Source of the DNA: Thermoplasmatota archaeon
GTDB taxonomy: Archaea > Thermoplasmatota > Thermoplasmata > RBG-16-68-12 > JAGMCJ01
Assembly (NCBI GenBank): GCA_022848865.1
Contig: JAJISE010000001.1
Coordinates: 49,036 to 113,035, forward strand
Reading direction: 5' to 3'
DNA length: 64,000 nt
Shown in pieces: positions 20,021 through 28,956 of the stretch. Made by a program: the position numbers and the translations under genes. Positions within the stretch are counted from its first letter, which is position 1, and each line of letters opens with the position of its first letter. The notes beneath the pieces are model-generated. The model did not search any database. It was not told where the DNA came from and saw nothing but the letters and a program-made list of their open reading frames with translations.

Positions 20021-21163
20021 ATGTCAGGCAATTCCACGGTTTGTGTGCACGCGGGGGAGAGGAAGGACGCGACTGGGTCTCTCGTCACGCCGATATACCA
20101 GACGTCCACGTTCTATTACCCCGAATGGCAGAAGGAATACGTCTACACGAGGCTGTCCAACCCCACGATAGAGGCCGCGGAGAGCAAGCTCGCCGCGCTC
20201 GAGGGCGGGGACGGATGTCTCGTCTTTTCATCGGGCATGGCGGCCATAACCGCCACGCTTCTCTCCGTTCTCGAAAAGGGAGACCACCTCGTCTCGATCC
20301 CGGACCTGTATGGAGGGACCCGTGTCCTCTTGGACAAGGAGCTTCCCCGCCACGGGATCGGGGTGAGCCTTGTGGATTGCGAGGATTCTTCCGCCATTGA
20401 AAACGCTCTCACACAGGAGACGAGGGCCATCCTAATCGAGACTCCGACGAATCCGCTACTGAGAGTCCTCGACATGAAGAAGATCGCCGAGGTGGCTCAT
20501 CGGAACTCTGCCATACTTGTTGTGGATAACACCTTCGCCACGCCGATCAATCAGAGACCCCTGGAACTGGGCGCCGATGTTGTCGTTCACAGCGCATCCA
20601 AGTACCTCAATGGACACAGTGACGTCGTCGCGGGATTCGCCGTGTCCTCGGAGGAATGGATCGAGAGCATCGAGCAGAGACGGAGGCTCTTCGGCGGGTC
20701 AACCGATCCGCTTGCCGCCTTCCTCATTGCGAGAGGGATGAAGACCTTGGACCTCAGGATGAGGGTCCACAATGAGAACGGGATGGCCGTGGCGGACGCC
20801 CTGGAAGACATGAAACAAGTCGGAAAGGTCCACTATCCTGGCCTCAGGTCATTCGGGCAACATGCGCTGGCAAAGAGACAGATGGCGGGCTTTGGCGGGA
20901 TGGTCAGCTTTGAGGTGGGGCGGGCAGCGAAAGACGCAAGGCAGGTTTCCAGGAGGTTCGATCTGGTAAAACTGGCCTCGAGCTTGGGAGGAGTGGAGAG
21001 CCTCGCATCCCTTCCACTGGAAACCTCACACAAGTACATCAGCGCGAAGGAGAGAAGGGAATCCGGAATCCCTGACAACCTGATCCGCCTGTCGATCGGT
21101 ATCGAGAACTCCGAGGACATAATCGAGGATCTTGAGCGGGCGATTTCTGGCGGCAACCGCTAG
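20021..21163 (+). CDS. Cys/Met metabolism PLP enzyme (cystathionine gamma-synthase/lyase or methionine gamma-lyase)
   Basis: YTRLSNPT, SSGMAA, ETPTNP, DNTF, SASKYLNGHSD, SLGGVES. Confidence 0.9.
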   Translation: MSGNSTVCVHAGERKDATGSLVTPIYQTSTFYYPEWQKEYVYTRLSNPTIEAAESKLAALEGGDGCLVFSSGMAAITATLLSVLEKGDHLVSIPDLYGGTRVLLDKELPRHGIGVSLVDCEDSSAIENALTQETRAILIETPTNPLLRVLDMKKIAEVAHRNSAILVVDNTFATPINQRPLELGADVVVHSASKYLNGHSDVVAGFAVSSEEWIESIEQRRRLFGGSTDPLAAFLIARGMKTLDLRMRVHNENGMAVADALEDMKQVGKVHYPGLRSFGQHALAKRQMAGFGGMVSFEVGRAAKDARQVSRRFDLVKLASSLGGVESLASLPLETSHKYISAKERRESGIPDNLIRLSIGIENSEDIIEDLERAISGGNR

Positions 21164-22332
21164 TCCGTCCAGCCCTCGGGGACCATCGGGGAGATTGCCC
21201 TGAGTTCCTTCACTATCTGCGGGAGCGTCTCGATCACGTAGTCGATGTCATCCCCCTTCGTCCATCTGCCCAGAGTGAACGCAATCGACCCGTGCGCGTG
21301 TTCTGGCGGAATTCCCATCGCGGTGAGTACATGTGACGGCTCGAGCGTCTCGGACGTGCACGCGGAGCCCGTTGCGGCCTGGATTCCTTTCATGTCCAGG
21401 TTCAGAACGATTGATTCCCCTTCTATGTAGCTGAGCCGGAGGTTCGCGTTGTTCGGAAGCCTCTTCTCGAGCCTGCCATTTAGGTGGCACTCCTTCACGG
21501 TCGAGGTCAGGCCCTTGACCAGCTGGTCTCTCATCTTGCTCAACCTTTCTGATTCGACGCCCATCTCCTGCGCCGCGATCTCGGCGGCCCTTCCCATGCC
21601 CACGATGAGCGGGACGCTCTCGGTTCCTGGACGGAGCTTCCTCTCTTGACGCCCACCATGGAGGAGGGGCACGATCGACGTTCCCTTTCTCACGTACAGA
21701 GCCGCGACGCCCTTTGGGCCATACAGGTCCTGTGACGATAACGATAGCAGGTCGATATTGTCCTTGGTCACGTCTATCGGTATCTTCCCCGCTGCAGCGA
21801 CCGCATCTGTGTGGAACGGAATCCCCTTCTCCCTTGCGATGTCCCCGATCTCTCTGACCGGCTGGATGGCGCCGACCTCGTTGTTCGCGGACATCACCGA
21901 GATGAGTATCGTCTTGCCCGTTATCGCATCCCTTACCTTGTCTGCATCCACGATTGCGCTGTCATCAACGGGCAGACGAGAGACCGAGAATCCGACCCTC
22001 TCGAGCTCATCGACCGCTGAGAGGGCAGCGGGGTGCTCGATGCTTGAGGTGACCACATGACCCCCTTCGCTCTTCCTCTTCTGGGCCATGCCCTTGAGCG
22101 CTAGGTTGATCGACTCTGTGCCAGTGGAGGTGAATATGATCTCCCTCGCTTCCGCCCCGATGAGGTTCGCCACCCTCTCACGGGCCTCCTCGACCGCCGA
22201 GTTCGCTTCGAAACCCAGTGAATAGACGCTCGAAGGGTTGCCGTATTTCTCAGTGAAGTAAGGCAGCATCTCCTCCATCACGCGAGGATCGACGGGAGAC
22301 GCGGCAGCATAATCCAGATAGACTCGCCTCAT
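21160..22332 (-). CDS. iscS: Cysteine desulfurase (IscS/NifS type)
   Basis: YLDYAA, GNPSS, EHPA, HTDAV, GSACTS. PLP-lysine motif reads SSQDLYGPKG rather than the usual SxHK. Confidence 0.85.
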   Translation of the reverse strand: MRRVYLDYAAASPVDPRVMEEMLPYFTEKYGNPSSVYSLGFEANSAVEEARERVANLIGAEAREIIFTSTGTESINLALKGMAQKRKSEGGHVVTSSIEHPAALSAVDELERVGFSVSRLPVDDSAIVDADKVRDAITGKTILISVMSANNEVGAIQPVREIGDIAREKGIPFHTDAVAAAGKIPIDVTKDNIDLLSLSSQDLYGPKGVAALYVRKGTSIVPLLHGGRQERKLRPGTESVPLIVGMGRAAEIAAQEMGVESERLSKMRDQLVKGLTSTVKECHLNGRLEKRLPNNANLRLSYIEGESIVLNLDMKGIQAATGSACTSETLEPSHVLTAMGIPPEHAHGSIAFTLGRWTKGDDIDYVIETLPQIVKELRAISPMVPEGWTD

Positions 22333-22376
22333 TCAACACCTCCGCCAAGGTTCAGGAACGACCGCTGGCATATTTA

Positions 22377-23333
22377 TCACTTGGGAAAGCTCTTTCCCAG
22401 AATCCTTGCCGTGTGATAGCCAGCGTCCATGATCATGATCACGTCCTCATCAGAAACACTGCTCAGAATCCTCTCGCGAGCACGCGTGAGCTTCTCGAGG
22501 TTCTCGTGCTCGGATTCGAAGAAGGTCGTGAGACATTCGGAGACGAACTCGGGAATGCCCGTGAGGGTCTCGTGGCCATTCTTCCCGCTCAGGTCGATGA
22601 GCGCCTCCAGGCCAGTGAGCATGTTAAGAGCTACCCCATGGAGGAGGAAGCCCAAGCCCGCATGAAAGCCGTTGTCGGTCTCGATGATGAAGGATGTTGC
22701 CAGCCGTCCAGCCTCGACGCAGTGCGCCCTGACCTCGTTCTCCAGCCTCGCCAGACCCTCCTTCCCACGGGAGAGCATTTCGGTGAGCTCTGCCAGCTTC
22801 TCCCCCGCCTGTCTGAGATTGTGAGCGGCGGAGCGGTACGTGTCGCCGTGTTCCAGCGATTGGGCGAAGTCCAGAACCTCCCATCCCTTGAGCCGTCCTT
22901 CTGACTCCCTGCCTTCCATTGGCGGTTCGAGCTGACACCCGCACACATCATCCAGGCAGTCATCGCACGCACCAGAGAGACAATGGACCATCGCATGCTC
23001 GCAATCGCACTTCACGGACCCCCACATAACGCGCGCGAGCGCTCTGAGGATCCGTCGAGCGTCCGCCTCATCCTCTGCTCTGCGCACGATTATCTTCCCG
23101 CCTTGAAAGGCGTGAATGCGTCTGCCGCCGGATTCCCCGTAGGCATAGCCCATCTCATCTGAGCACCTGAAGCGGTCGAAGAACTCGATGGTACGCATCA
23201 GATAGCACATCTGTTTCGGGTCGATGTACTCGCCGAATGTGCATCCTGATATCTTGCTCAGGTCGAATCTAGCTTCGAGAGTCACGAATCCGTCTTCGGT
23301 GCAGGGGTTGATTTCGACTATGTCCTCGGGCGT
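22377..23333 (-). CDS. Cys-rich putative (Fe-S)/metal-binding protein
   Basis: INPCTED, CSDEMG, IHAFQGGKIIVRRA, 7-Cys cluster. Start uncertain: GTG 23285 or ACG 23333. Confidence 0.6.
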   Translation of the reverse strand, partial: TPEDIVEINPCTEDGFVTLEARFDLSKISGCTFGEYIDPKQMCYLMRTIEFFDRFRCSDEMGYAYGESGGRRIHAFQGGKIIVRRAEDEADARRILRALARVMWGSVKCDCEHAMVHCLSGACDDCLDDVCGCQLEPPMEGRESEGRLKGWEVLDFAQSLEHGDTYRSAAHNLRQAGEKLAELTEMLSRGKEGLARLENEVRAHCVEAGRLATSFIIETDNGFHAGLGFLLHGVALNMLTGLEALIDLSGKNGHETLTGIPEFVSECLTTFFESEHENLEKLTRARERILSSVSDEDVIMIMDAGYHTARILGKSFPK

Positions 23334-23528
23334 TCCTCTCCCTCGACCGAGCGATTGCCCGGTCGTTATATAAGGGCATTCATGGAGGGGGCAAGGACAG
23401 TGAGAGGCTCAGCAGGCGACTCAAGGAGATACATATTAAATCGGCGTGTTCCATCTGCATCGTGGTTCCCCGAACGAAGGGATGATGCGAATCGATGGGT
23501 CAGTCGCCCACGTGATGGAGAGGAATCT

Positions 23529-24305
23529 GTGGACTTGGAACTGGAGACAATCGTTCTCATAATCATACTGGCGTTCGTATTCCAGTACACGGATGCCTCT
23601 CTCGGCATGGGCTACGGGACCAGCCTCACTCCGCTCCTGTTGGTCATTGGCTTCGGCCTGTTCGAGATAGTCCCCGCTCTCCTGCTCAGCCAATTCATAA
23701 CTGGGATGGTGGGGGGGCTGTTCCATCACTACTTCGGGAACGTGGACCTTAGCGTCGGTTCAAGAGATTTGAGGATTACAGGCGTCCTCACCTTGTTCAG
23801 CATCATCGGTGTGGCAATCTCAGTGGTCGCCTTCGTCAGCGTTCCCGAGGTGTACATCCAGCTCTACATCGGAATCCTTGTTCTCTGTATCGGCGCCGTC
23901 ATTCTCCTCACATTCGAGAGGACGTTCGTCCTGACCATGAAGAAAATCATGGGGCTCGGCCTTTTCGCGGCTTTCAACAAGGGTCTGAGCGGCGGTGGCT
24001 ACGGTCCGATCGCGACCGGTGGGCAGATCCTGTCGGGTGTGCACAGCAAAAGCGCGATTGGCATAGCCTCCGTGGCGGAGGGGCTGACCTCTGCTGTCGG
24101 GGCGGTTCTCTTCTTCTTCTTTGTACCTACTGCACAATGGGGACTGGTACCATGGCTCCTTCTTGGTGGATTGGTCTCCGTACCCGCAGCCGCATTCACT
24201 GTGAAGAAGATCCACGCAAGGAATCTGAGGGTCATGGTTGGCATTGCCATCTGCGCCCTGGGAATCGTGACGCTCGTAAAGGTGGCATTTGGATGGGTAG
24301 GGTGA
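23529..24305 (+). CDS. Sulfite exporter TauE/SafE family membrane protein
   Basis: DASLGMGYGT and KGLSGGGYGP repeats, ~8 TM. GTG start after GGAGAGG. Confidence 0.88.
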   Translation: MDLELETIVLIIILAFVFQYTDASLGMGYGTSLTPLLLVIGFGLFEIVPALLLSQFITGMVGGLFHHYFGNVDLSVGSRDLRITGVLTLFSIIGVAISVVAFVSVPEVYIQLYIGILVLCIGAVILLTFERTFVLTMKKIMGLGLFAAFNKGLSGGGYGPIATGGQILSGVHSKSAIGIASVAEGLTSAVGAVLFFFFVPTAQWGLVPWLLLGGLVSVPAAAFTVKKIHARNLRVMVGIAICALGIVTLVKVAFGWVG

Positions 24306-24309
24306 AGAA

Positions 24310-25137
24310 ATGACAGGTGATATCGAGAGAATGTTGGTGGCTGTTGACGAGAACATAGAAGGGAACATCGCGCTCCATTATGGGATCAACCTCGCACGCG
24401 TCCTAGGGGCGAAGGTCGAGGTCATCCATGTTGTGGAGGACGCCCTTGTCTACGCGGGCTGGGGCGCCATAGTCACCAAGACCAAGAAAGAGGTCGACAG
24501 ACAATTGCATAGAATGGACACGGAGATCTCGAAGTACCGAGAGAAATGGAAGATGGACATCGGTGTCAAGATCTGTGAGGGGACGTCCGCCTCGGCAGAG
24601 ATACTCAGAGAACTCCACGAGGAGGAGTTCGACCTCCTCGTTGTCGGCTCCCACGGCGCTTCGGCGGTGATGGAGTTCCTGCTCGGAGGCATCTCATCGC
24701 AGATAGTCCATCATACGAAGAAGCCCATCGTCGTCGTCAAGAAGATGAGAGATGTCGCCAACATTCTAATGTGCACGGCAGGGTCGAAATGCTCGTTCAG
24801 GGCCATCAGGTACGCGGCGAGCATAGCGAAGGCGGCAGGAGCGGAAGTGACCGTACTCTCCATCTCGCCGTGGAAGTCGAGCGAAGCCGTGAATCAAGCC
24901 TGGGAGTTCGCGCATGCGGGTGTCGAGATACTCAAGGAACACGGGGTGACCGCTGGAGAAACGGTCAGAATCGGCAAGCCCGCCGAAGAGATACTGGCCG
25001 AGGCGAGGAAGCAGGACTTCGATCTGATCGTGATGGGCTACCGGGGGACGTCGGCGGTTGCAGACATGCTTCTAGGAGAGGTGGCCTCCAAGGTGATGCA
25101 TCACTCGCTCAGGCCCACGCTGATTTTCCGGAAGTGA
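24310..25137 (+). CDS. Universal stress protein (tandem USP domains)
   Basis: DLLVVGSHG..LGGIS and DLIVMGYRG..LGEVA. Confidence 0.9.
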   Translation: MTGDIERMLVAVDENIEGNIALHYGINLARVLGAKVEVIHVVEDALVYAGWGAIVTKTKKEVDRQLHRMDTEISKYREKWKMDIGVKICEGTSASAEILRELHEEEFDLLVVGSHGASAVMEFLLGGISSQIVHHTKKPIVVVKKMRDVANILMCTAGSKCSFRAIRYAASIAKAAGAEVTVLSISPWKSSEAVNQAWEFAHAGVEILKEHGVTAGETVRIGKPAEEILAEARKQDFDLIVMGYRGTSAVADMLLGEVASKVMHHSLRPTLIFRK

Positions 25138-25145
25138 TCGCCACA

Positions 25146-27518
25146 TCAGATGCTAACAGTGAATGTGATGATAGTGGAGCCACCATCATCGTCGGTCACG
25201 GTGAGAGTGACTACATACGTGCCTCCGCCCGGGAATGAGTGAGTCGCGACATCATCTACTGAGATCGGATTCACGTCCGGGGACGGATATGGGTCAGGAC
25301 CAATTCCGTTGTTGAAGTAGGTTCGCGCCTCTGTGCTGTTGTCGCCCCAGTCCCACATGAAGGTGAGGTCATCGCTTCCTGGGTCATACGCGGATGCGTG
25401 GAACGTGAGGTTGTGACCCCCGAAGTACTCGTTCAGCCTCTCTATCTCCCATGTCCAAGTCCCGTTGTGCCTGACGTTGAACGTGTGATGTATCCTCGTG
25501 TCGTTACCGTCATCGAAGTCCAGGATTACCCAGGCGGGAGTGGAGCCCCATATCTGTCCGTTTATGGGATCGTCCATGGGCTTGTATAGTGCGAGGACGG
25601 AGTACTCGCTGGATAGGGATATGTTGAGACCGGACAAGGTGACGGCCTGATCGTCCGGACTACCTGGATAACGCACAATCTGCGCGTATGCGACCTCGGT
25701 TCCGTCCTCGTAGAGGAAGAACTCGACGTCGTGCCACTTCTCCCCTGCGATCCGGAAGGTGATTCCGGTAAGGATGCGCAGGTCGAGGTAGCCCAGCACA
25801 GACGGGGCGACGTTCGCTATCGTCACATCCGCCAACGCCTCCACCTCATACGTGCCATCAGTTACCCTCAATCTCACTGTCCCAGTGTAGTCATCGCCGA
25901 ATACATGGCTGTATGTCGGGCTGCTCGAGTAGTTGGTCTCGAAAACCCCATCGTCATCGATGTCCCACATGTATTGCAGGGGATCTCCGTCTAAATCATA
26001 CGAGCCGCTAGCGTCGAATGCCACCGTATCGCCCTCGTCCGCAAGGTAGGGACCTCCTGCATGCGGATCAGGCGGTTGATTTATCCTTATCTCATCGCCG
26101 GCTGAGTCCTGAACAGCCCATTCTATTCTAGAAGACGCCGTAAGTGAGATCGCATCGGTGGTTCCCGGCGGACCCCCAGGAACGTCCACGGCGACTAGGA
26201 CGTAGTAGGTTCCGTTTGTGTCCAAATCTGGTGTTATGTCGACCTCGGGCTCACCTGCGTCGTAGACGCCATTTGCGTTGGAATCTTCATATATCCCAGC
26301 AAACCATCCGAGAGTAGATTCACCAGTGAGGTCGTAGGCCTGAGTGACCCCCCTGTTAGTAACTGTGTGCGAGTAATGGTAGGTTGCGCCTCCAGGCACG
26401 TCTTCGTCGTGGTCTGGCTCTACCTCAGGTGGAGGATTCACAGGAAGTGGAGGCGTTGAACCGCATACGAAGACCTCGTATGTCGTTTCCAGGAAATTGG
26501 CGTTGTGAGCATCCATCCCTTTGACCTCATACTTCCAGAGGCCAGGAGACAAAGAGTAGTTGACAGTGTAGTCATCGTCAGCGAGATCTCCTATGCTGAA
26601 AATCTCCCATTCCTGGTTGCCGGAGGGGTTGGAGTTCAAGTAAGTGTTACCGTCTGGATCTGTGACAACAACGTGAATGTTCGGACTGATTCGATACTTT
26701 GAATCTGGATTGTCGTCCTTAGGCTCCCCCCAATTCTGCCCTTCATCATAAGGGGGAGTGTTGGGAGTGTTGGGATCGTCGGTATCGTAAATGTGGTCAG
26801 CGTCACCGTCGAGGAAGAAAACTCTGGATTTCGCTATTGGAACGTAAAAGTTGTAGCACCATTCGCCGTCGTAGGTGTTGTCCGGTGTTCCAAAATTCGG
26901 ATCGATACCAGCCTGAGGACCCCCAGCAAATCCGAACTCGTGACCAGCTGCAAGGCTAATCTGACCGGTCGTCCTGACCTTGAAGTCGTTCAGCCCAATT
27001 GAAGGGGTCCCGCCTTCCCACTCAGCAACGAACCTGTAGAAGTAGTTCCCGCTGGGAGCCTGAGCGTCGGGAGAGACCGAGAAAGACTCGGTGAACCAAT
27101 CATCATCTGGCAGAACACCGCTACTGCTACTCCAACTCTCGACGAATAAGGCGGTCGTTCCATTCTTCAACGGGTCCATGTAAAGGGTGAAGGTTGTTGG
27201 CAAGTCACCAACATAATCCCAATGTTGCCCAACATCGCCGTCGAATATACCCACCTCGAACGTCGACTCGTTCGCGGGAACGCCTATATAGGCCACGACC
27301 TTTGACTCTATTGTTTTATGTCCGGCTGACGCTATCAAGACAAACTTCCCATCGTTAGGATCGACTGATGGAATGCCTTCGTAGCTGCCCGACTGGATGA
27401 TGATTCCATCATCCGCGCTATCATCGGCGATGTTTCCCACACAAGCAAGCAGACTCCCTGTCAGTAACAAAGCCCCTATTGCTGTAACGAAGATCTTCTC
27501 ATACAAAGGAATACGCAC
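25146..27518 (-). CDS. Secreted PKD-domain protein
   Basis: Signal peptide; NQPP..AGGPY...FDASGSYD; DPGSDDLTFMWDWGD; YVVTLTVTDDDGG. Confidence 0.8.
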   Translation of the reverse strand: MRIPLYEKIFVTAIGALLLTGSLLACVGNIADDSADDGIIIQSGSYEGIPSVDPNDGKFVLIASAGHKTIESKVVAYIGVPANESTFEVGIFDGDVGQHWDYVGDLPTTFTLYMDPLKNGTTALFVESWSSSSGVLPDDDWFTESFSVSPDAQAPSGNYFYRFVAEWEGGTPSIGLNDFKVRTTGQISLAAGHEFGFAGGPQAGIDPNFGTPDNTYDGEWCYNFYVPIAKSRVFFLDGDADHIYDTDDPNTPNTPPYDEGQNWGEPKDDNPDSKYRISPNIHVVVTDPDGNTYLNSNPSGNQEWEIFSIGDLADDDYTVNYSLSPGLWKYEVKGMDAHNANFLETTYEVFVCGSTPPLPVNPPPEVEPDHDEDVPGGATYHYSHTVTNRGVTQAYDLTGESTLGWFAGIYEDSNANGVYDAGEPEVDITPDLDTNGTYYVLVAVDVPGGPPGTTDAISLTASSRIEWAVQDSAGDEIRINQPPDPHAGGPYLADEGDTVAFDASGSYDLDGDPLQYMWDIDDDGVFETNYSSSPTYSHVFGDDYTGTVRLRVTDGTYEVEALADVTIANVAPSVLGYLDLRILTGITFRIAGEKWHDVEFFLYEDGTEVAYAQIVRYPGSPDDQAVTLSGLNISLSSEYSVLALYKPMDDPINGQIWGSTPAWVILDFDDGNDTRIHHTFNVRHNGTWTWEIERLNEYFGGHNLTFHASAYDPGSDDLTFMWDWGDNSTEARTYFNNGIGPDPYPSPDVNPISVDDVATHSFPGGGTYVVTLTVTDDDGGSTIITFTVSI

Positions 27519-27607
27519 GTTCCCCTCCCCCTCCTTTCTAACTATATGAGCCTGGCTAAGTATTAATGTTTTCCCCTGGACCGTTGTGGACTTCGTAATC
27601 CAGATCG

Positions 27608-27639
27608 AAAAAAGGGGAAAGGTGGGGACTTGCGTCCCC
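27608..27639 (-). terminator. Hairpin plus U-tract terminator
   Basis: Minus strand GGGGAC-GCAA-GTCCCC (GNRA loop) followed by CCTTTCCCCTTTTTT. Confidence 0.65.
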
Positions 27640-27666
27640 TTCTAGAGTGGGTGAGCTTGCGTTGTT

Positions 27667-28083
27667 CTACGGTCCGTCAGGTCCTGGCCCTGGCCTCTCG
27701 TGATCCTGATCGCGGTGCCTAAACCTATCCTGACTCTGGTCGCAGTCCGGATCGTTGGGATTCTCCCCCTCGTTCTTGTACTGATGCTTGAACTGGTTTC
27801 CGTCGTTGTCGCAGGTCTCGTTGTACTTGTACTGGTACTGGAACCTGTTCTGGCTCATGTCCTGGTTCTGCGACTCTTGGGCACCGTCCTCGTTGTGCTG
27901 GTACTGCGGTTTGTATTGGTGTTTCCACTCGTTACCGTTCGCGCAGTTGTTCTGCTCCCCCAGGTCTGATATCTGGTCGTCTGCGTTGCTCCCCGTGACC
28001 GAGGCGGAATCGAGCGCAAAGGCCGTCCCTACTGTTCCCAACAGGGCGATTGCCGCAAAGGCCGCTATTATTTTTGCCTTCAT
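27667..28083 (-). CDS. Small secreted Q/N/D-rich low-complexity protein
   Basis: SD GGAGGTG, signal peptide ending AFA, QYQYKY-type repeats, own terminator. Confidence 0.75.
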   Translation of the reverse strand: MKAKIIAAFAAIALLGTVGTAFALDSASVTGSNADDQISDLGEQNNCANGNEWKHQYKPQYQHNEDGAQESQNQDMSQNRFQYQYKYNETCDNDGNQFKHQYKNEGENPNDPDCDQSQDRFRHRDQDHERPGPGPDGP

Positions 28084-28159
28084 TCTTTCACCTCCTGGTT
28101 GGAGGTCCTCCTCGCAACCATTGTCCTCTTCATCGGCTGAAACGACCTATCATACCTTC

Positions 28160-28195
28160 GTGGAACCGGTTTCAAAAAGTGAAAAGCTCGTGAAA
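28160..28195. promoter_or_regulatory. Putative operator upstream of the Q-rich gene
   Basis: Near-palindrome TGGAACCGGTTTCA (28161-28174) plus GTGAAA twice, 11 bp apart (28179, 28190). Confidence 0.4.
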
Positions 28196-28204
28196 TCGGG
28201 CAGA

Positions 28205-28777
28205 TTACTGCGTCTTAGCGAGCGTGATCTTGTTGGTGTAGCCGTGCCTTACTTTCGAGATGAGCCCCCTTTCCTCCAACTTGTCGATGATCCTCGAGAC
28301 CTTGGCCTTGGAGAACGGCACCGCTGAGACGATGTCCTTCTGAAGGATTTCCCCTCCACCATCAACGACCTTGCGATATACTCTCCTTTCATCCCCCTCG
28401 AGTAACCTCAAGGCCATCTGCTCAAAGGACACGGAAGGCTCCTCGTCGGGGGGGGAAGGGATTTCTGGCGGGATGTCGCTCCTGAGAGCTTCCTTTCCCT
28501 TGATGCTTATGACCGCAAGATCCGGGTAGAGCTTGGTCACGCTCCTCTTCTCCGGTGCCCTGGTGGGCATGACAAGATAGACAAGAGAGAGGACGATAAG
28601 TATGACTCCGACCGTGATCGTAACCCATCCGACGCTCGTGAGAGAATCCTCCCCGGTCATCCAATGACCGCGGCCGCTACCGGTCTCGGTCACGAAATAC
28701 GTGAGGGCTATCAAGATGAGGACTATGCCGACAACTATTCCAATCCCGGAGACGGCCAACTTCCTCTTGAGAGCCAT
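28205..28777 (-). CDS. Membrane-anchored winged-HTH transcriptional regulator
   Basis: Two TM helices, then LEGDERRVY...ILQKDI...SKAKVSRIIDKLEERGLI.K.R.GYTN. Confidence 0.82.
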   Translation of the reverse strand: MALKRKLAVSGIGIVVGIVLILIALTYFVTETGSGRGHWMTGEDSLTSVGWVTITVGVILIVLSLVYLVMPTRAPEKRSVTKLYPDLAVISIKGKEALRSDIPPEIPSPPDEEPSVSFEQMALRLLEGDERRVYRKVVDGGGEILQKDIVSAVPFSKAKVSRIIDKLEERGLISKVRHGYTNKITLAKTQ

Positions 28778-28956
28778 GTCACTTCGTTAATATCTCTGGG
28801 ACGTATATCAAACTTCCCGGCCTTGTGTGTTCGAGAGAGCCGACAACGATGGGTTTCCGGTGCCAAGAAAAGGTATTTGTAGGGACTCGGCAATACCTTG
28901 TCTCCCTTCTCGCATCCGGCGCGGAAGGGCGTTTTCGCATTCTCAGGGGGAGAGGC

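Noticed and set aside
28097-28111. 15-bp inverted match to ~52205 (GGAGGACCTCCAACC)
   Set aside because: A few 15-mer matches are expected by chance in 64 kb, and there is no flanking similarity.
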